A stretch of 64,000 bases of DNA from an uncultured Chloroflexia bacterium (GTDB lineage Bacteria > Chloroflexota > Limnocylindria > Limnocylindrales > CSP1-4): contig CAVVYR010000031.1 in NCBI GenBank assembly GCA_963752475.1, forward strand, positions 12,903 through 76,902. The letters are read 5' to 3'. Below, in pieces: positions 38,017 to 48,883 of this stretch. The first letter of the stretch is position 1. Every line of letters begins with the position of its first letter. The translations under genes and the position numbers were made by a program. Under the pieces are notes generated by a model. The model saw nothing but the letters and a program-made list of their open reading frames with translations. It had not been told where the DNA came from and made no database searches.

Positions 38017-39539
38017 CCCTGCCCTCCTGAGAGGTCGGTCGCGGCGGCCCAACCCTTGCTGCGCTCGACCGCGTGATGCCAGCGTCGCACCAACCGGTCG
38101 CGATCGGACTGCGGCATGGCCGGCTCGAAGCGGCGGTCGAGCTGCCAGGTAGCCGCGACCTCGTCGGTCGAGGACCAGAACCCGCTGGCCAGACCGGCCA
38201 GGAAGGCGGCGCCCAGAGCGGTCGTCTCGGTCACCTTCGGGCGCTCGACGGGCACGCGCAGCACGTCCGCCTGGAACTGGAGCAAGGCATCGTTCACGGC
38301 GGCCCCACCGTCCACGCGCAGCGCACCGACCTCGCCGGCCGTGTCGAGGCTCATCGACTCGAGTACGTCGGCCACCTGGAAGGCCATGGCGTCGACGGTC
38401 GCAAGGGCGATGTCCTCGATGCCGGTCCCGAAGCTCAGGCCCACGATGGCTCCGCGCGCATCGGGATCCCAGTGCGGCGCGCCGAGCCCGACGAAGGCCG
38501 GCACCACCACCACGCCCGAGTCACGGTCGCCACGCGCCGCGAGGCGCTCGATATCGGCGCTGGCGCTGATGGCCTTGAGCCCATCGCGCATCCACTGCAC
38601 GGCGGCACCGGCCACGAACACCGAGCCCTCGAGGGCATAGGCCGTCTCGCCACCCTCGCCCAACTGCCACAGCACGGTCGAGAGGAGCCCGTGATCGGAG
38701 GTCACGGGAGCGGTGCCGGTGTTAAGCAGCGCGAAGGCACCGGTGCCATACGTGGACTTGGCCATCCCCGGCTCGAGGCAGGCCTGGCCGAAGGTCGCCG
38801 CCATCTGGTCGCCGGCGATGCCCGCGATGGGGATCGCCGCACCGAGCACGCTCGGGTCGGTCTCCGCGAGGAGGGCAGAGGAGGGACGGACCTCCGGCAG
38901 CAGCGCCTCTGGCACCCCGATGATCTCGCACAACCACGGGTCCCAGCGACCTTCGCGGATGTCGTAGAGCAGCGTGCGGCTGGCGTTGGATACGTCGGTC
39001 AGGTGCGCCCGGCCGCCGGTCAACCGCCAGATGAGAAAGCTATCGACGGTCCCGAAGGCCAGGTCGCCGGCTTCGGCCCGGGCGCGGAGGCCCGCCTCGG
39101 CGTCGAGGATGTGGGCGATCTTGGGGCCGCTGAAGTAGGCGTCGAGGGGCAGCCCGGTGACGGCTCGGACACGCTCCTCGTGCCCGGCCTCCCGGAGCGC
39201 CGCACAACGGTCGGCGGTGATGCGGCTCTGCCACACGATGGCCGGGGCCACGGGTTCACCGCTGGCGCGATCCCAGACCACGGTCGTCTCGCGCTGGTTG
39301 GTGATGCCCAGCGCGGCGATGTCGGCCGCGCCGCCGGGGATGGCCTCGAGCGCCTGACGCGCGACGGCCAGCTGGCTATTCCAGATGTCCTCAGGATCGT
39401 GCGTCACGTGGCCCGGGAAGGGATAGCCCTGTGGGTACTCCTGTTGGGCTACGGCCACGGTCCCACCATCACGGTCGAAGACGATGGCCCGTGAGGAGGT
39501 CGTGCCCTGATCGAGGGCGAGGATGAAGTCGGCTCCCAT
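38013..39539 (-). CDS. glpK: glycerol kinase
   Basis: 'FILALDQGTTSSRAIVFDRDG', 'GITNQRETTVVWD' and 'TYGTGAF'. It is full length at 508 aa. Confidence 0.95.
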   Translation of the reverse strand: MGADFILALDQGTTSSRAIVFDRDGGTVAVAQQEYPQGYPFPGHVTHDPEDIWNSQLAVARQALEAIPGGAADIAALGITNQRETTVVWDRASGEPVAPAIVWQSRITADRCAALREAGHEERVRAVTGLPLDAYFSGPKIAHILDAEAGLRARAEAGDLAFGTVDSFLIWRLTGGRAHLTDVSNASRTLLYDIREGRWDPWLCEIIGVPEALLPEVRPSSALLAETDPSVLGAAIPIAGIAGDQMAATFGQACLEPGMAKSTYGTGAFALLNTGTAPVTSDHGLLSTVLWQLGEGGETAYALEGSVFVAGAAVQWMRDGLKAISASADIERLAARGDRDSGVVVVPAFVGLGAPHWDPDARGAIVGLSFGTGIEDIALATVDAMAFQVADVLESMSLDTAGEVGALRVDGGAAVNDALLQFQADVLRVPVERPKVTETTALGAAFLAGLASGFWSSTDEVAATWQLDRRFEPAMPQSDRDRLVRRWHHAVERSKGWAAATDLSGGQG

Positions 39540-39563
39540 GCCGGGTCCCTCCGATTCGGTGCG

Positions 39564-41189
39564 CTAGGCGCCCGGGACGTCGTACTCGCGTCGCGCGGTC
39601 TCGAGATACTGCGCCACCTCGGCCGCCTGTCGCTCGGCGTCCCAGCCAAGGCGCAGGCCCATGATGGCGGCCACCCGAGGGGCGATGGACTCACCTCGGT
39701 CGCGGCGCGACATCGACAGGCGCATGCGGCGCGAGAGCACGTCGTCGAGGCTCAGCGCCAGTTCCTGCTCGACGGCCCAGGCGACCTCCGCCTCCAGCTC
39801 GGTGCGGTCCTCGGCCAGCGGACGCAGCAGGTCCTGCTCCTGACCCATGGCCATGACTTCGGAGGCACGCGTGCCATGGCGGTCGACGAGCTCGGACGCG
39901 CGTTGGTGGTCGAGGCCGCTGTCGCGGGCGATCTCGTCGACCAGCCGGTCGAGACGCTCGCGTGGCGCGGCCCCCAGCAGGGGTCGGTCGGCGGTCTGGC
40001 TCTGCGGCATGGGGTCCTCGCCGTCGAGCACGTAGTCGACCGCGTCCCGCGCCATCAGCCGGTACGTCGTGTACTTGCCGCCCGACACGCGCACGAGGCC
40101 GCTGGCCTCACGATGGATGGTGTGCTCGCGACTGACGCGCGCGGTGTCACCTCCGGGAGCCCCCACGAGCGGCCGCAGGCCGGCGAAGGCGCCGACGGCA
40201 TCCTCGCGCTTCAGATCCGCCTCCAGCACGCCGTTGACGTTCTCCAGGATCTCGTCCACATCGTCGAGCGTGGGTGCCGGACGGTCCGGGCCACCCTCAT
40301 CGGCGACGTCGGTCGTGCCCACCAGCCAGACCCCGGGATGGGGGATGATGAACAGGACGCGCCCGGGGACTCGCAGCGTCATGCCGGTCTTGAGCGGCAA
40401 GCGACCACGCTCGAAGACGAGGTGGGTACCACGGCTGGGCACGAGCTTCATGGTCGAGCCACCGAGGCGAGCATCAGGGTCGCCCAGCCAGACGCCGGTC
40501 GCGTCGATGACCTTCGTAGCTCGGACATCCGACTCCTGCCCGCCGATGAGGTCCTTGACCTTCAGGCCGGAGACGGCGCCACGGCGGTCGGTCAGGAGGT
40601 CGGTCACGCGGGTGCGAGTCACCGCGGTGGCACCCTGCTCGATCGCGGTCAGAGCCACGGCGATGCTGTAGCGCGCGTCGTCTTCGACGGCATCGGAGTA
40701 GGTCACACCGCCACGCAGGCCGTCGCGCTTGATGTCGGGGATGAGCTCCGCCACCGCGCCCGATCCGAGGTGGTGTGCTCGCCCGCCATCGCGGGCGGCA
40801 CCGAGCAGGTCGTAGAGCGTGAGCCCCGCACCCATGAAGGCTCGGTGCACGAGCGGCCAGCCGTAGACCGGGAAGAGGAAGCGCTCGAGCTTGACCAGGT
40901 GCGGCGCCAACGCAAGCAGCCGGGAACGCTCAGCGAGGGCCTCACGCACCAGCTGCAGGCGGAAGTCCTCGAGGTAACGCAGGCCGCCGTGGATGAGCCG
41001 GGATGAGCGCGACGACGTCCCGACGGCGAGATCGTCCTGCTCGATGAGGGCGGCCTTGAGACCGCGGGAGGTGGCGTCGAGGAGGGCGCCGGAGCCGACG
41101 ATGCCGCCGCCGATGATGAGCACGTCCCAGGTCTCGTTCGCAAGGCGTGCCAGTGCGCCCTCGCGTGCGGTAAGGGGTGCGCTCGTCAC
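39564..41189 (-). CDS. glpD: FAD-dependent glycerol-3-phosphate dehydrogenase
   Basis: The GTG at 41189 has AGGAGG upstream. 'WDVLIIGGGIVGSGALLDATSRGLKAALIEQDDLAVGTSSRSSRLIHGGLRYLE'. Confidence 0.9.
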   Translation of the reverse strand: MTSAPLTAREGALARLANETWDVLIIGGGIVGSGALLDATSRGLKAALIEQDDLAVGTSSRSSRLIHGGLRYLEDFRLQLVREALAERSRLLALAPHLVKLERFLFPVYGWPLVHRAFMGAGLTLYDLLGAARDGGRAHHLGSGAVAELIPDIKRDGLRGGVTYSDAVEDDARYSIAVALTAIEQGATAVTRTRVTDLLTDRRGAVSGLKVKDLIGGQESDVRATKVIDATGVWLGDPDARLGGSTMKLVPSRGTHLVFERGRLPLKTGMTLRVPGRVLFIIPHPGVWLVGTTDVADEGGPDRPAPTLDDVDEILENVNGVLEADLKREDAVGAFAGLRPLVGAPGGDTARVSREHTIHREASGLVRVSGGKYTTYRLMARDAVDYVLDGEDPMPQSQTADRPLLGAAPRERLDRLVDEIARDSGLDHQRASELVDRHGTRASEVMAMGQEQDLLRPLAEDRTELEAEVAWAVEQELALSLDDVLSRRMRLSMSRRDRGESIAPRVAAIMGLRLGWDAERQAAEVAQYLETARREYDVPGA

Positions 41190-41212
41190 GGGATCCTCCT
41201 GGGTCGAGTCGG

Positions 41213-42250
41213 TCAGGCGGTAGCGGTCGCCCGGGCCGCGCCGACCGGCGCCGCCGCACGCAGTCGCTCGGCCGCGTCTTCGGCGTTGATATCGCGTTGC
41301 GGTTCGCTGAGCAGCTCGTAGCCGACCATGAACTTGCGCTTGGTGGCCTCGAGCAGCGGGGGCATGAAGTGAGCATGCACCTGCCACGGCTCTGTGGGGT
41401 CGCTGCCGAAGGGCGCCTGATGCCAGCCCATGGAGAACGGCATGGGCTGCTCGAAGAGCGCGTCGTAGCGCTGCATCAGCCGCTGCATCGTCTGTGCCAG
41501 GCCGGCACGCTGAGCCTCGTCGAGGTCGGAGATGCGGGCGGCCGGTCGCTTGGGCACGAGCAGCGTCTCGAACGGCCACACCGCCCAGAACGGCACCAGC
41601 GCGAGCCACTCCTCGCCGTCCTCCACGACCCGCTGACCGCCCTGCTCCTGCTCGACCACATCGAGGAGGAGCTGGCGGCCCTCGGCCTCGAAGTAGTGGC
41701 GCTGCGAGGCATCCTCACGCGCGGCGTACTCGGGCAAGGCGGCACCCGACCAGATCTGGCCGTGTGGATGCGGATTGGAGGCGCCCATGGCCGCACCTCG
41801 ATTCTCGAAGATCTGGACCCAGCGCCAGTCGCGACCGAGATCGGTGCTCTGCTGTGCCCACATCTCGATGACCTCGCGCACGGCCGCCGGCGCCATGCGC
41901 GTGAGCGTCAGATCGTGGCGCGGGGAGAAGCAGAGGACACGGCAGGTGCCCGGCTGGGACTCCGCTCGCAACAGCCCATCGTGGTAGACATCTTCACCGG
42001 CATCGGGGCGCAGGGCCGCGAAGTCGTTGGTGAAGACGTAGGTGGAGTCGTACCGCGGGTTCTGCTCGCCGCTGACCCGGGTGTTGCCGGGGCAGAGGTA
42101 GCAGTCGGGGTCGAAGCTGGGGCGGTCGTCGGCCACGACGCGACGTTCCTTGCTGCCTTGCCAGGGGCGCTTCGTGCGTCCCGCGGAGACGAGTACCCAG
42201 CGATCGCCGAGGGGATCGTAGCGGCGATGCGGTCCGGTCGGGAGGGGCAT
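41213..42250 (-). CDS. galT: galactose-1-phosphate uridylyltransferase
   Basis: 'MPLPTGPHRRYDPLGDRWVLVSAGRTKRPWQG', 'CYLCPGN' and 'HPHGQIW' (HxHxQ). Confidence 0.9.
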   Translation of the reverse strand: MPLPTGPHRRYDPLGDRWVLVSAGRTKRPWQGSKERRVVADDRPSFDPDCYLCPGNTRVSGEQNPRYDSTYVFTNDFAALRPDAGEDVYHDGLLRAESQPGTCRVLCFSPRHDLTLTRMAPAAVREVIEMWAQQSTDLGRDWRWVQIFENRGAAMGASNPHPHGQIWSGAALPEYAAREDASQRHYFEAEGRQLLLDVVEQEQGGQRVVEDGEEWLALVPFWAVWPFETLLVPKRPAARISDLDEAQRAGLAQTMQRLMQRYDALFEQPMPFSMGWHQAPFGSDPTEPWQVHAHFMPPLLEATKRKFMVGYELLSEPQRDINAEDAAERLRAAAPVGAARATATA

Positions 42251-42255
42251 GCTCA

Positions 42256-43073
42256 GGCGCCCACCGCCGATCTCGACACCCGACGGAGCCTGGCTCTCCC
42301 CGGGTCCGGTGAGCAGGACCGTTCCGACCCGTTCCTCGAGGATGCGACAGGCATCGAGGCCCGAGGGCGTCGTCGGTGATGACGACATCGGCCCGGTCGA
42401 GCCGGGCGATGGTGCTCACGCCGGTCACGCCCCACTTCGTATGGTCGGCCGTGACCACCAGGCGGGCGCCCGCATCGATGAGGGCCTGGTTCGTCTCGGC
42501 CTCGAGCATGTTGGGCGTGGTGAAGCCCGCGCGCTCGTGCATGCCGTGGACGCCGAGGAAGACGAGGTCGACGTTGACGTTGCGCAAGGCGCTCACGGCG
42601 AAGGGTCCGACGAGCGCGTCCGAGGGTGTGCGCACCCCGCCGGTGAGGATGATGGTCTGGTCGCTGCGACCGCCGTGGTAGAGCACCTCCGCTGCCGGCA
42701 CCGAGTTGGTCACGACGGTCAGGCGCGGGATCTCCACCAGGCGCCGGCTGACCTCGTAGGTCGTGCTGCCGGCCGAGACCGCCACCGCCATGCCCGGCTC
42801 GACCATGGCCGCGGCCGTGCGCGCGATCGCCAGCTTGGCGTCGTGCTCGAGCGTGCGCTTGGTGTCGAAGCCCGGCTCGTGGACGGCCGACTCGCGGAGC
42901 AGCGTGGCCCCGCCGTGGACCTTGACCAGGTGACCCTGGCTCTCGAGGGCTTCGAGATCACGACGCACGGTCATGTCGGAGACGTCGAGCTCGCGCATGA
43001 GGTCCGACACGCGCACGGCACCATCAGCTCGCAGCCGCTCGAGGATGAATGCGTGTCGCTGTGGCGCCAGCAC
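42256..43073 (-). CDS. DeoR-family transcriptional regulator (3' end unresolved)
   Basis: The GTG is at 43073. The HTH is 'RHAFILERLRADGAVRVSDLMRELDVSDMTVRRDLEALE', followed by a DeoR C-terminal sugar-binding domain to 'ADVVITDD'. After about 42370 the original frame turns Arg-rich nonsense. The plausible continuation, 'GLDACRILEERVGTVLL', lies in the galT frame, which has no stop before the galT ATG. Confidence 0.75.
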
Positions 43074-43238
43074 GGTGCAGCTACCTCCCTGGTGCGTCGG
43101 CAGATGCACGCCGATAGTGACGGCTAATCCGACAGAAGTCAACGTCGGAGTGACAGGACCATACGAGCGCCGCGACAAGAAAACGGTTGACAATCCGACA
43201 CCAGCCGGCGCACAATCGAGCCTGAACCGTGTTGGTTT

Positions 43239-43265
43239 CTGTTGGACCGTTGGGAGTTCCAACAG
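43239..43265. promoter_or_regulatory. inverted repeat CTGTTGGA-N11-TCCAACAG just upstream of the ABC-operon RBS
   Basis: Perfect 8-bp arms in the deoR / sugar-SBP divergent intergenic region. The repeat ends 4 nt before AGGAGGAGG (RBS of the ATG at 43283). An extra GTTGG copy lies at 43231. Confidence 0.35.
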
Positions 43266-43282
43266 CATAGGAGGAGGAACAC

Positions 43283-44602
43283 ATGGCGTTCCCTGAGACT
43301 CGCGCGCGCCGTCGGCTGACGGTCGCCGCGACCGCGCTCGCCACGGCGGCCCTGGTGGGCTCGAGCATCGCCGTCGCCGCGCAGGACGACGTCACCGTGA
43401 CCTTCCGGACCCGCCCGGACAACGAAGCCGAGGCGCAGGTCTACCGGGACATCGCGGCGCAGATCTCCGAGCAGCTCGACGGCATTACCGTGGAGTACCA
43501 AGCCGGCGGCACGGAGACGGCCGGATATCAGGACACGCTGAAGACCGAGGCCGCCGCAGGCACGGCACCCGATCTCTTCTGGATCCCCGGTACCGACGTT
43601 GCGGACTTCGCGACCCGCGGCATCATCGGTGACATGCGCTCGTATGCTGACGCCACCGACGGCTACAGCGACGACGACTTCTATCCAGGTCCGATGTACC
43701 ACATGACCTTCGATCCCGAGAGCGGTGAGCCGGGTGGCCCACTGTGGGGTCTGCCGCGTGACGTCTCTACGTTCGCGCTCTACCTGAACCTTGACCTGCT
43801 GGCCGAGGCCGGTGCGGAGGATCCGCGCGAGCTGGCCGCCAACGGCGAGTGGACATGGGACGCCTTCGGGGAGGTCGGCGAGGCCGTGGCCGCGCTCGGC
43901 AGCGACGTCAAGGCCTATGGAGCCAACGCATGGTGGGGTCCGTATGGCGTCTGGCTGAATGGCGCCGGTGGTGGCTTCTTCAATGAGGCCCGCGACGCCT
44001 GCGCGCTCGACACGCCCGAGTCCATCGCTGGACTCGAGCAGCTGGTCGATGTCTACGCCAAGGACAACTTCGCGGTGGCCTACGGCGAGGACTCCGAGCC
44101 GCCCTTCCTGGCCGGCAACGTGGGCATGTTCCAGAACGGCCGCTGGGCCACACCGAACATGCGTGCCAACGCCAACTTCGATTGGGACGTGGTGACTCTG
44201 CCGGATGGTCCAGTGCCCGGCGGCAATTGGCTCTTCTGGGGCGCCTACACCGTGAACGCCGCTTCGGAGCACCCCGAGGAGGCATGGCAGGTGCTCTACG
44301 CACTGACGGACCCGGAGGTCCAGAAGACGGTCTCAGAGCTGGGTGCCAACATCCCGAGCCGCGTGGGCCAGCAGGGCATCGACGACTTCATGACCTTCAC
44401 CCCGCCGGAGAACAACCAGGCCTTCCTCGACGGTCTGGCCAACAACAGCGTGGCTGAGGGTCCGCTGTGGGCCGGCAGCTGGCCGCAGTTCGACCAGGTC
44501 ATGGGCCCCGCCATCCAGGGTGTCGTCAACGGCGACATCAGCGTGGAGGAGTTCCAGGCCACCATCTGCGCCGACGCCAACGCCGCCGCGTTCGGCGACT
44601 GA
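43283..44602 (+). CDS. sugar ABC transporter substrate-binding protein (family 1)
   Basis: Signal peptide 'RRRLTVAATALATAALVGSSIAVAAQ'. 'PDLFWIPGTDVADFA' and 'GLPRDVSTFALYLNLDLL' are typical of SBP_bac_1/8. Confidence 0.9.
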   Translation: MAFPETRARRRLTVAATALATAALVGSSIAVAAQDDVTVTFRTRPDNEAEAQVYRDIAAQISEQLDGITVEYQAGGTETAGYQDTLKTEAAAGTAPDLFWIPGTDVADFATRGIIGDMRSYADATDGYSDDDFYPGPMYHMTFDPESGEPGGPLWGLPRDVSTFALYLNLDLLAEAGAEDPRELAANGEWTWDAFGEVGEAVAALGSDVKAYGANAWWGPYGVWLNGAGGGFFNEARDACALDTPESIAGLEQLVDVYAKDNFAVAYGEDSEPPFLAGNVGMFQNGRWATPNMRANANFDWDVVTLPDGPVPGGNWLFWGAYTVNAASEHPEEAWQVLYALTDPEVQKTVSELGANIPSRVGQQGIDDFMTFTPPENNQAFLDGLANNSVAEGPLWAGSWPQFDQVMGPAIQGVVNGDISVEEFQATICADANAAAFGD

Positions 44603-44615
44603 TCCCATAACGAAG

Positions 44616-44646
44616 GGCACGGAGCTGGCGCCGCCCGCTCCGTGCC
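44616..44646 (+). other. intra-operon stem-loop after the SBP gene
   Basis: GGCACGGAGC-N11-GCTCCGTGCC (10-bp stem), 14 nt after the SBP stop and 44 nt before the permease ATG. Confidence 0.4.
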
Positions 44647-44689
44647 ATCACCTCACACATAACTAGTACCTACTGGGGCACTAGCGCGC

Positions 44690-46399
44690 ATGTCCGTCCA
44701 GACGGCAGACCCACGAGGCTCCGCGCTCTCTTCGGTGCCGTCACCCCGTGACCCGCTCGGAGGACTGAAGCGCGGGCTGCTCACGCTCGTCCCCATCCTG
44801 CAGGCGGTCCTGACGGTCGCCGGCGCCGGCGCCGTCATCGCGCTCCTGCTAGCCGGCGACCTGGGCCTGCCGCTCCCCCTCTACCTATTCGTGCTCGCGG
44901 TCCCGGCGCTGTTTGCGCTGGCCGCCGGCGCGTCGACGGTGTGGACCTTCCAGCGCACCGCTCGCGGTCGCGTCGCGGCCATCATCGTCGACTACCTGGC
45001 TTTCCTGACCGCCTTCCTGCTGCTGCTGCACCTGCAAGGCGTCTTCATCGGCTTTGGTGACTTGGCGGACGTCTTCGCGGCGTCGCTGCCGTGGCTGGCG
45101 GTCGCGCTCGTGGCCTATCTAGTGGGCCAAACCACCGAGTGGACGGTCAATCGGCCCACCGCCACGAGGGTCATCACCCTCGTGCGCTACGGACTGTTCG
45201 CGGTCGCGGGCATCGGGTTCCTGGCCGCCATCGATGCCGTCCACGGCGCGCTGGAGTTGCTGCGGGGCCTGGCCGACCCGGTCAACCTCGGGCTGGCCAT
45301 CGCCAGCGTCGTGCTGCTCGCCTTCGTGGTCGCGCTCTGGGGCACCGAGGGCAGAGTCCGCTACGGTGCCACGCTCGGCGACAACGAGCTACTTGACGGG
45401 GTCATGCTCATCTCGCCCAACCTCCTGGGCTTCCTGGGCTTCTTCGCTGGTCCGCTGCTATTCAGCCTCTACGTCAGCCTCACCGACTGGGACGCCTTCA
45501 GCGACCCCGTGTTCCTGGGCTTCGAGAACTACCTCGAACTGCTCTCCATCCAACTCCTCTGGCTGAGCGACCCCTCGGTCCTGCTGCCCGCCGAGATGAA
45601 CGAAGGCTTCTCCGAGGTCTTCCGGCTCGGTCCGCTGATGATGGCGGCCAAGGACAAGCTCTTCTGGCTGTCGCTGCGGAACATCTTCGTCTTCGGCCTC
45701 ATCGCCATCCCGCTTGCGGTCATCCCGGCGCTCTTCATCGCCTCGCTGCTCAATTCCCGCGTGCGCGGCATCCGGATCTTCCGGACCATCTACTTCATCC
45801 CTACCGTTGCCGGCATCGTGGGCGTGGCCATCATCTGGAAGCAACTCCTGGACCAGACCGTCGGGTGGATCAACTACGGCGTCACGCTCACGGTCGACTT
45901 CCTCAACGGCACTCTCGGCCTGTCCCTCGAGGATCCCAGGATCGCCTGGCTTTCCGATCCGGTCACAGCACTGCCGATCATCGCGATCGTCTTCGCCTGG
46001 ACCACCGTCGGATTCAACTCGGTCATCTATCTGGCGGGCATGCAGGGCATCCCCGCCGACCTCTACGAGGCCGCCACCATCGACGGCGCCAATCGCTGGC
46101 AGCGCTTCATCCACATCACCATCCCCTCGGTCTCGGCCACGACGTTCTTCGTCATCGCGACAACGACCATCCTGGCCTTCCAGCTCTTCACCGAGGTGTG
46201 GGTCCTGACGGGAGGCGTCCAGCCTCCGGGCGGTCCTAACAACGCGACCATGACGCCGGCCCTGTACCTCTACAACTCGGGCTTCCAGAACTTCGAGTTC
46301 GGGTATGCGTCGGCGATCGCCTGGGCGCTCTTCGCGATCATCTTCGTCTTCACTCTGATGCAATTCCGGCGACAGCGAGCGGAGGCCCAAGGTGTCTGA
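44690..46399 (+). CDS. sugar ABC permease (MalF-type) with about 250-aa extra N-terminal membrane domain
   Basis: The C-terminal half carries the BPD_transp_1 EAA loop 'EAATIDGANRWQRFIHITIP'. The N-terminal half consists of additional hydrophobic helices. Confidence 0.85.
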   Translation: MSVQTADPRGSALSSVPSPRDPLGGLKRGLLTLVPILQAVLTVAGAGAVIALLLAGDLGLPLPLYLFVLAVPALFALAAGASTVWTFQRTARGRVAAIIVDYLAFLTAFLLLLHLQGVFIGFGDLADVFAASLPWLAVALVAYLVGQTTEWTVNRPTATRVITLVRYGLFAVAGIGFLAAIDAVHGALELLRGLADPVNLGLAIASVVLLAFVVALWGTEGRVRYGATLGDNELLDGVMLISPNLLGFLGFFAGPLLFSLYVSLTDWDAFSDPVFLGFENYLELLSIQLLWLSDPSVLLPAEMNEGFSEVFRLGPLMMAAKDKLFWLSLRNIFVFGLIAIPLAVIPALFIASLLNSRVRGIRIFRTIYFIPTVAGIVGVAIIWKQLLDQTVGWINYGVTLTVDFLNGTLGLSLEDPRIAWLSDPVTALPIIAIVFAWTTVGFNSVIYLAGMQGIPADLYEAATIDGANRWQRFIHITIPSVSATTFFVIATTTILAFQLFTEVWVLTGGVQPPGGPNNATMTPALYLYNSGFQNFEFGYASAIAWALFAIIFVFTLMQFRRQRAEAQGV

Positions 46400-47631
46400 G
46401 CAGAGCAGGACCCCGCGCGCTCCGCAGGCCACCACCTGGAGCCGTCTCCAGCCTCGGGCCAGGCTCCTGGGCACCTATCTACTGCTCATCGTCGTGGGCC
46501 TCGTGTTCGTCTTCCCCTTCGTGTTCATGGCTGCGACTTCGCTCAAGACCAGCGACGAGGTCTTCCGCTATCCCCCGCGCCTGCTGCCGTCCGAGACGGT
46601 CCTGGCCGTGGTCGCAGGGGAGGAGGTACCGCTCTACCAGATCACGGTGGATGGCACCACCATGGAGATGGCGGCCCTGGAGACGGGCATCCGCGCGGGC
46701 GTCTTCGCTGACGCCGCCTCGCCGGAGGAGACCCGGGCATGGCCGCTCGACCTGGCCACACCCGTGCTCGATGCGTCGGGCGAGGAGGTGACCCAGGAGG
46801 TCGGAGGCGAGTCGCTGCCGCTCTACGACGTGGCCTACGAGGGAGGGATCGAGCGCCAGGTCCTGACCCGCAACACCTCGGTCGCACGCTTCGTCCTGCC
46901 GGAGGACCCGAGCGTCACCGCCTACGGGGTGCTGCGAACCTCGACGCCGGTCGAGCGTCCCACGGCCCATCCAGAGAACTTCTCCACCGTGCTTGAGAAG
47001 GAGGGCTTCGGCCGCAACGTGACCAACACCATCCTGGTGACGCTCGCCGTGGTCTTCGGGCAGCTCTTCACTTCGATCCTCGGCGGCTACGCCTTCGCCC
47101 GCATCAGGTTCCCCTTCCGCAACGCGCTGTTCCTGGTGTACCTGGGCTCGATCATGGTGCCCTTCGTGGTGCTCATCATCCCGCTCTACCAGCTCATGGT
47201 CGGCATCGGCTGGGTCGACAGCATCCCGGCCCTGATCTTCCCTTGGGTCTTCAGCGCGTACGGCACCTTCCTGATGCGCCAGTTCTTCATCACTATCCCC
47301 AAGGAGCTGGAGGAGGCGGCCTTCATCGATGGAGCCAGTCGTTGGACGATCCTGTGGCGCATCTACGTGCCGCTCAGCCTGCCCGCCCTGGCGACCCTGG
47401 GCACTTTCGCCTTCCTCTACGCCTGGAACAGCTTCGTATGGCCCTTCGTCGTCATCAGCACGGGCAACGATGCTGCGCAGGTCATCACGGTGGCCCTGAC
47501 CCAGTTCAGTGGGCGGGCCGCAGTCTCGCCGCAGCTGGTCTTCGCGGGCGTCGTCATCGCCGTCTCGTTCCCGATCCTGGTCTTCATCATCGTTCAACGC
47601 TACTACCAAGCCAACGTCGCTTCGAGCGGCA

Positions 47632-47639
<8 letters not shown>
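46392..47639 (+). CDS. sugar ABC permease (MalG-type) with about 150-aa extracytoplasmic insertion after TM1
   Basis: EAA loop 'EAAFIDGASRWTILWRIYVPLSLPAL'. A long hydrophilic segment, 'TSDEVFRYPPRLL...TAHPENFSTVLEKEGFG', lies between the first two helices. Confidence 0.85.
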
Positions 47640-48822
<1,183 letters not shown>

Positions 48823-48883
48823 GAGCCCGATGGTATGCGGCTACACAGCCTGTCGCATGGAGTTCTGGTAGGTTGTCGGCGCT

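Noticed and set aside
38073-41006. Long plus-strand ORFs 38073-39494 (473 aa) and 39876-41006 (376 aa).
   Set aside because: They are antisense to glpK and glpD, both of which carry unmistakable family motifs.
41994-43268. The 424-aa ORF as a long DeoR protein overlapping galT.
   Set aside because: After 'VVITDD' the frame becomes Arg/Pro-rich and overlaps the well-supported galT frame. The N-terminal 65 codons precede a good RBS+GTG (43073). I treat it as a read-through caused by a frame problem near 42370.
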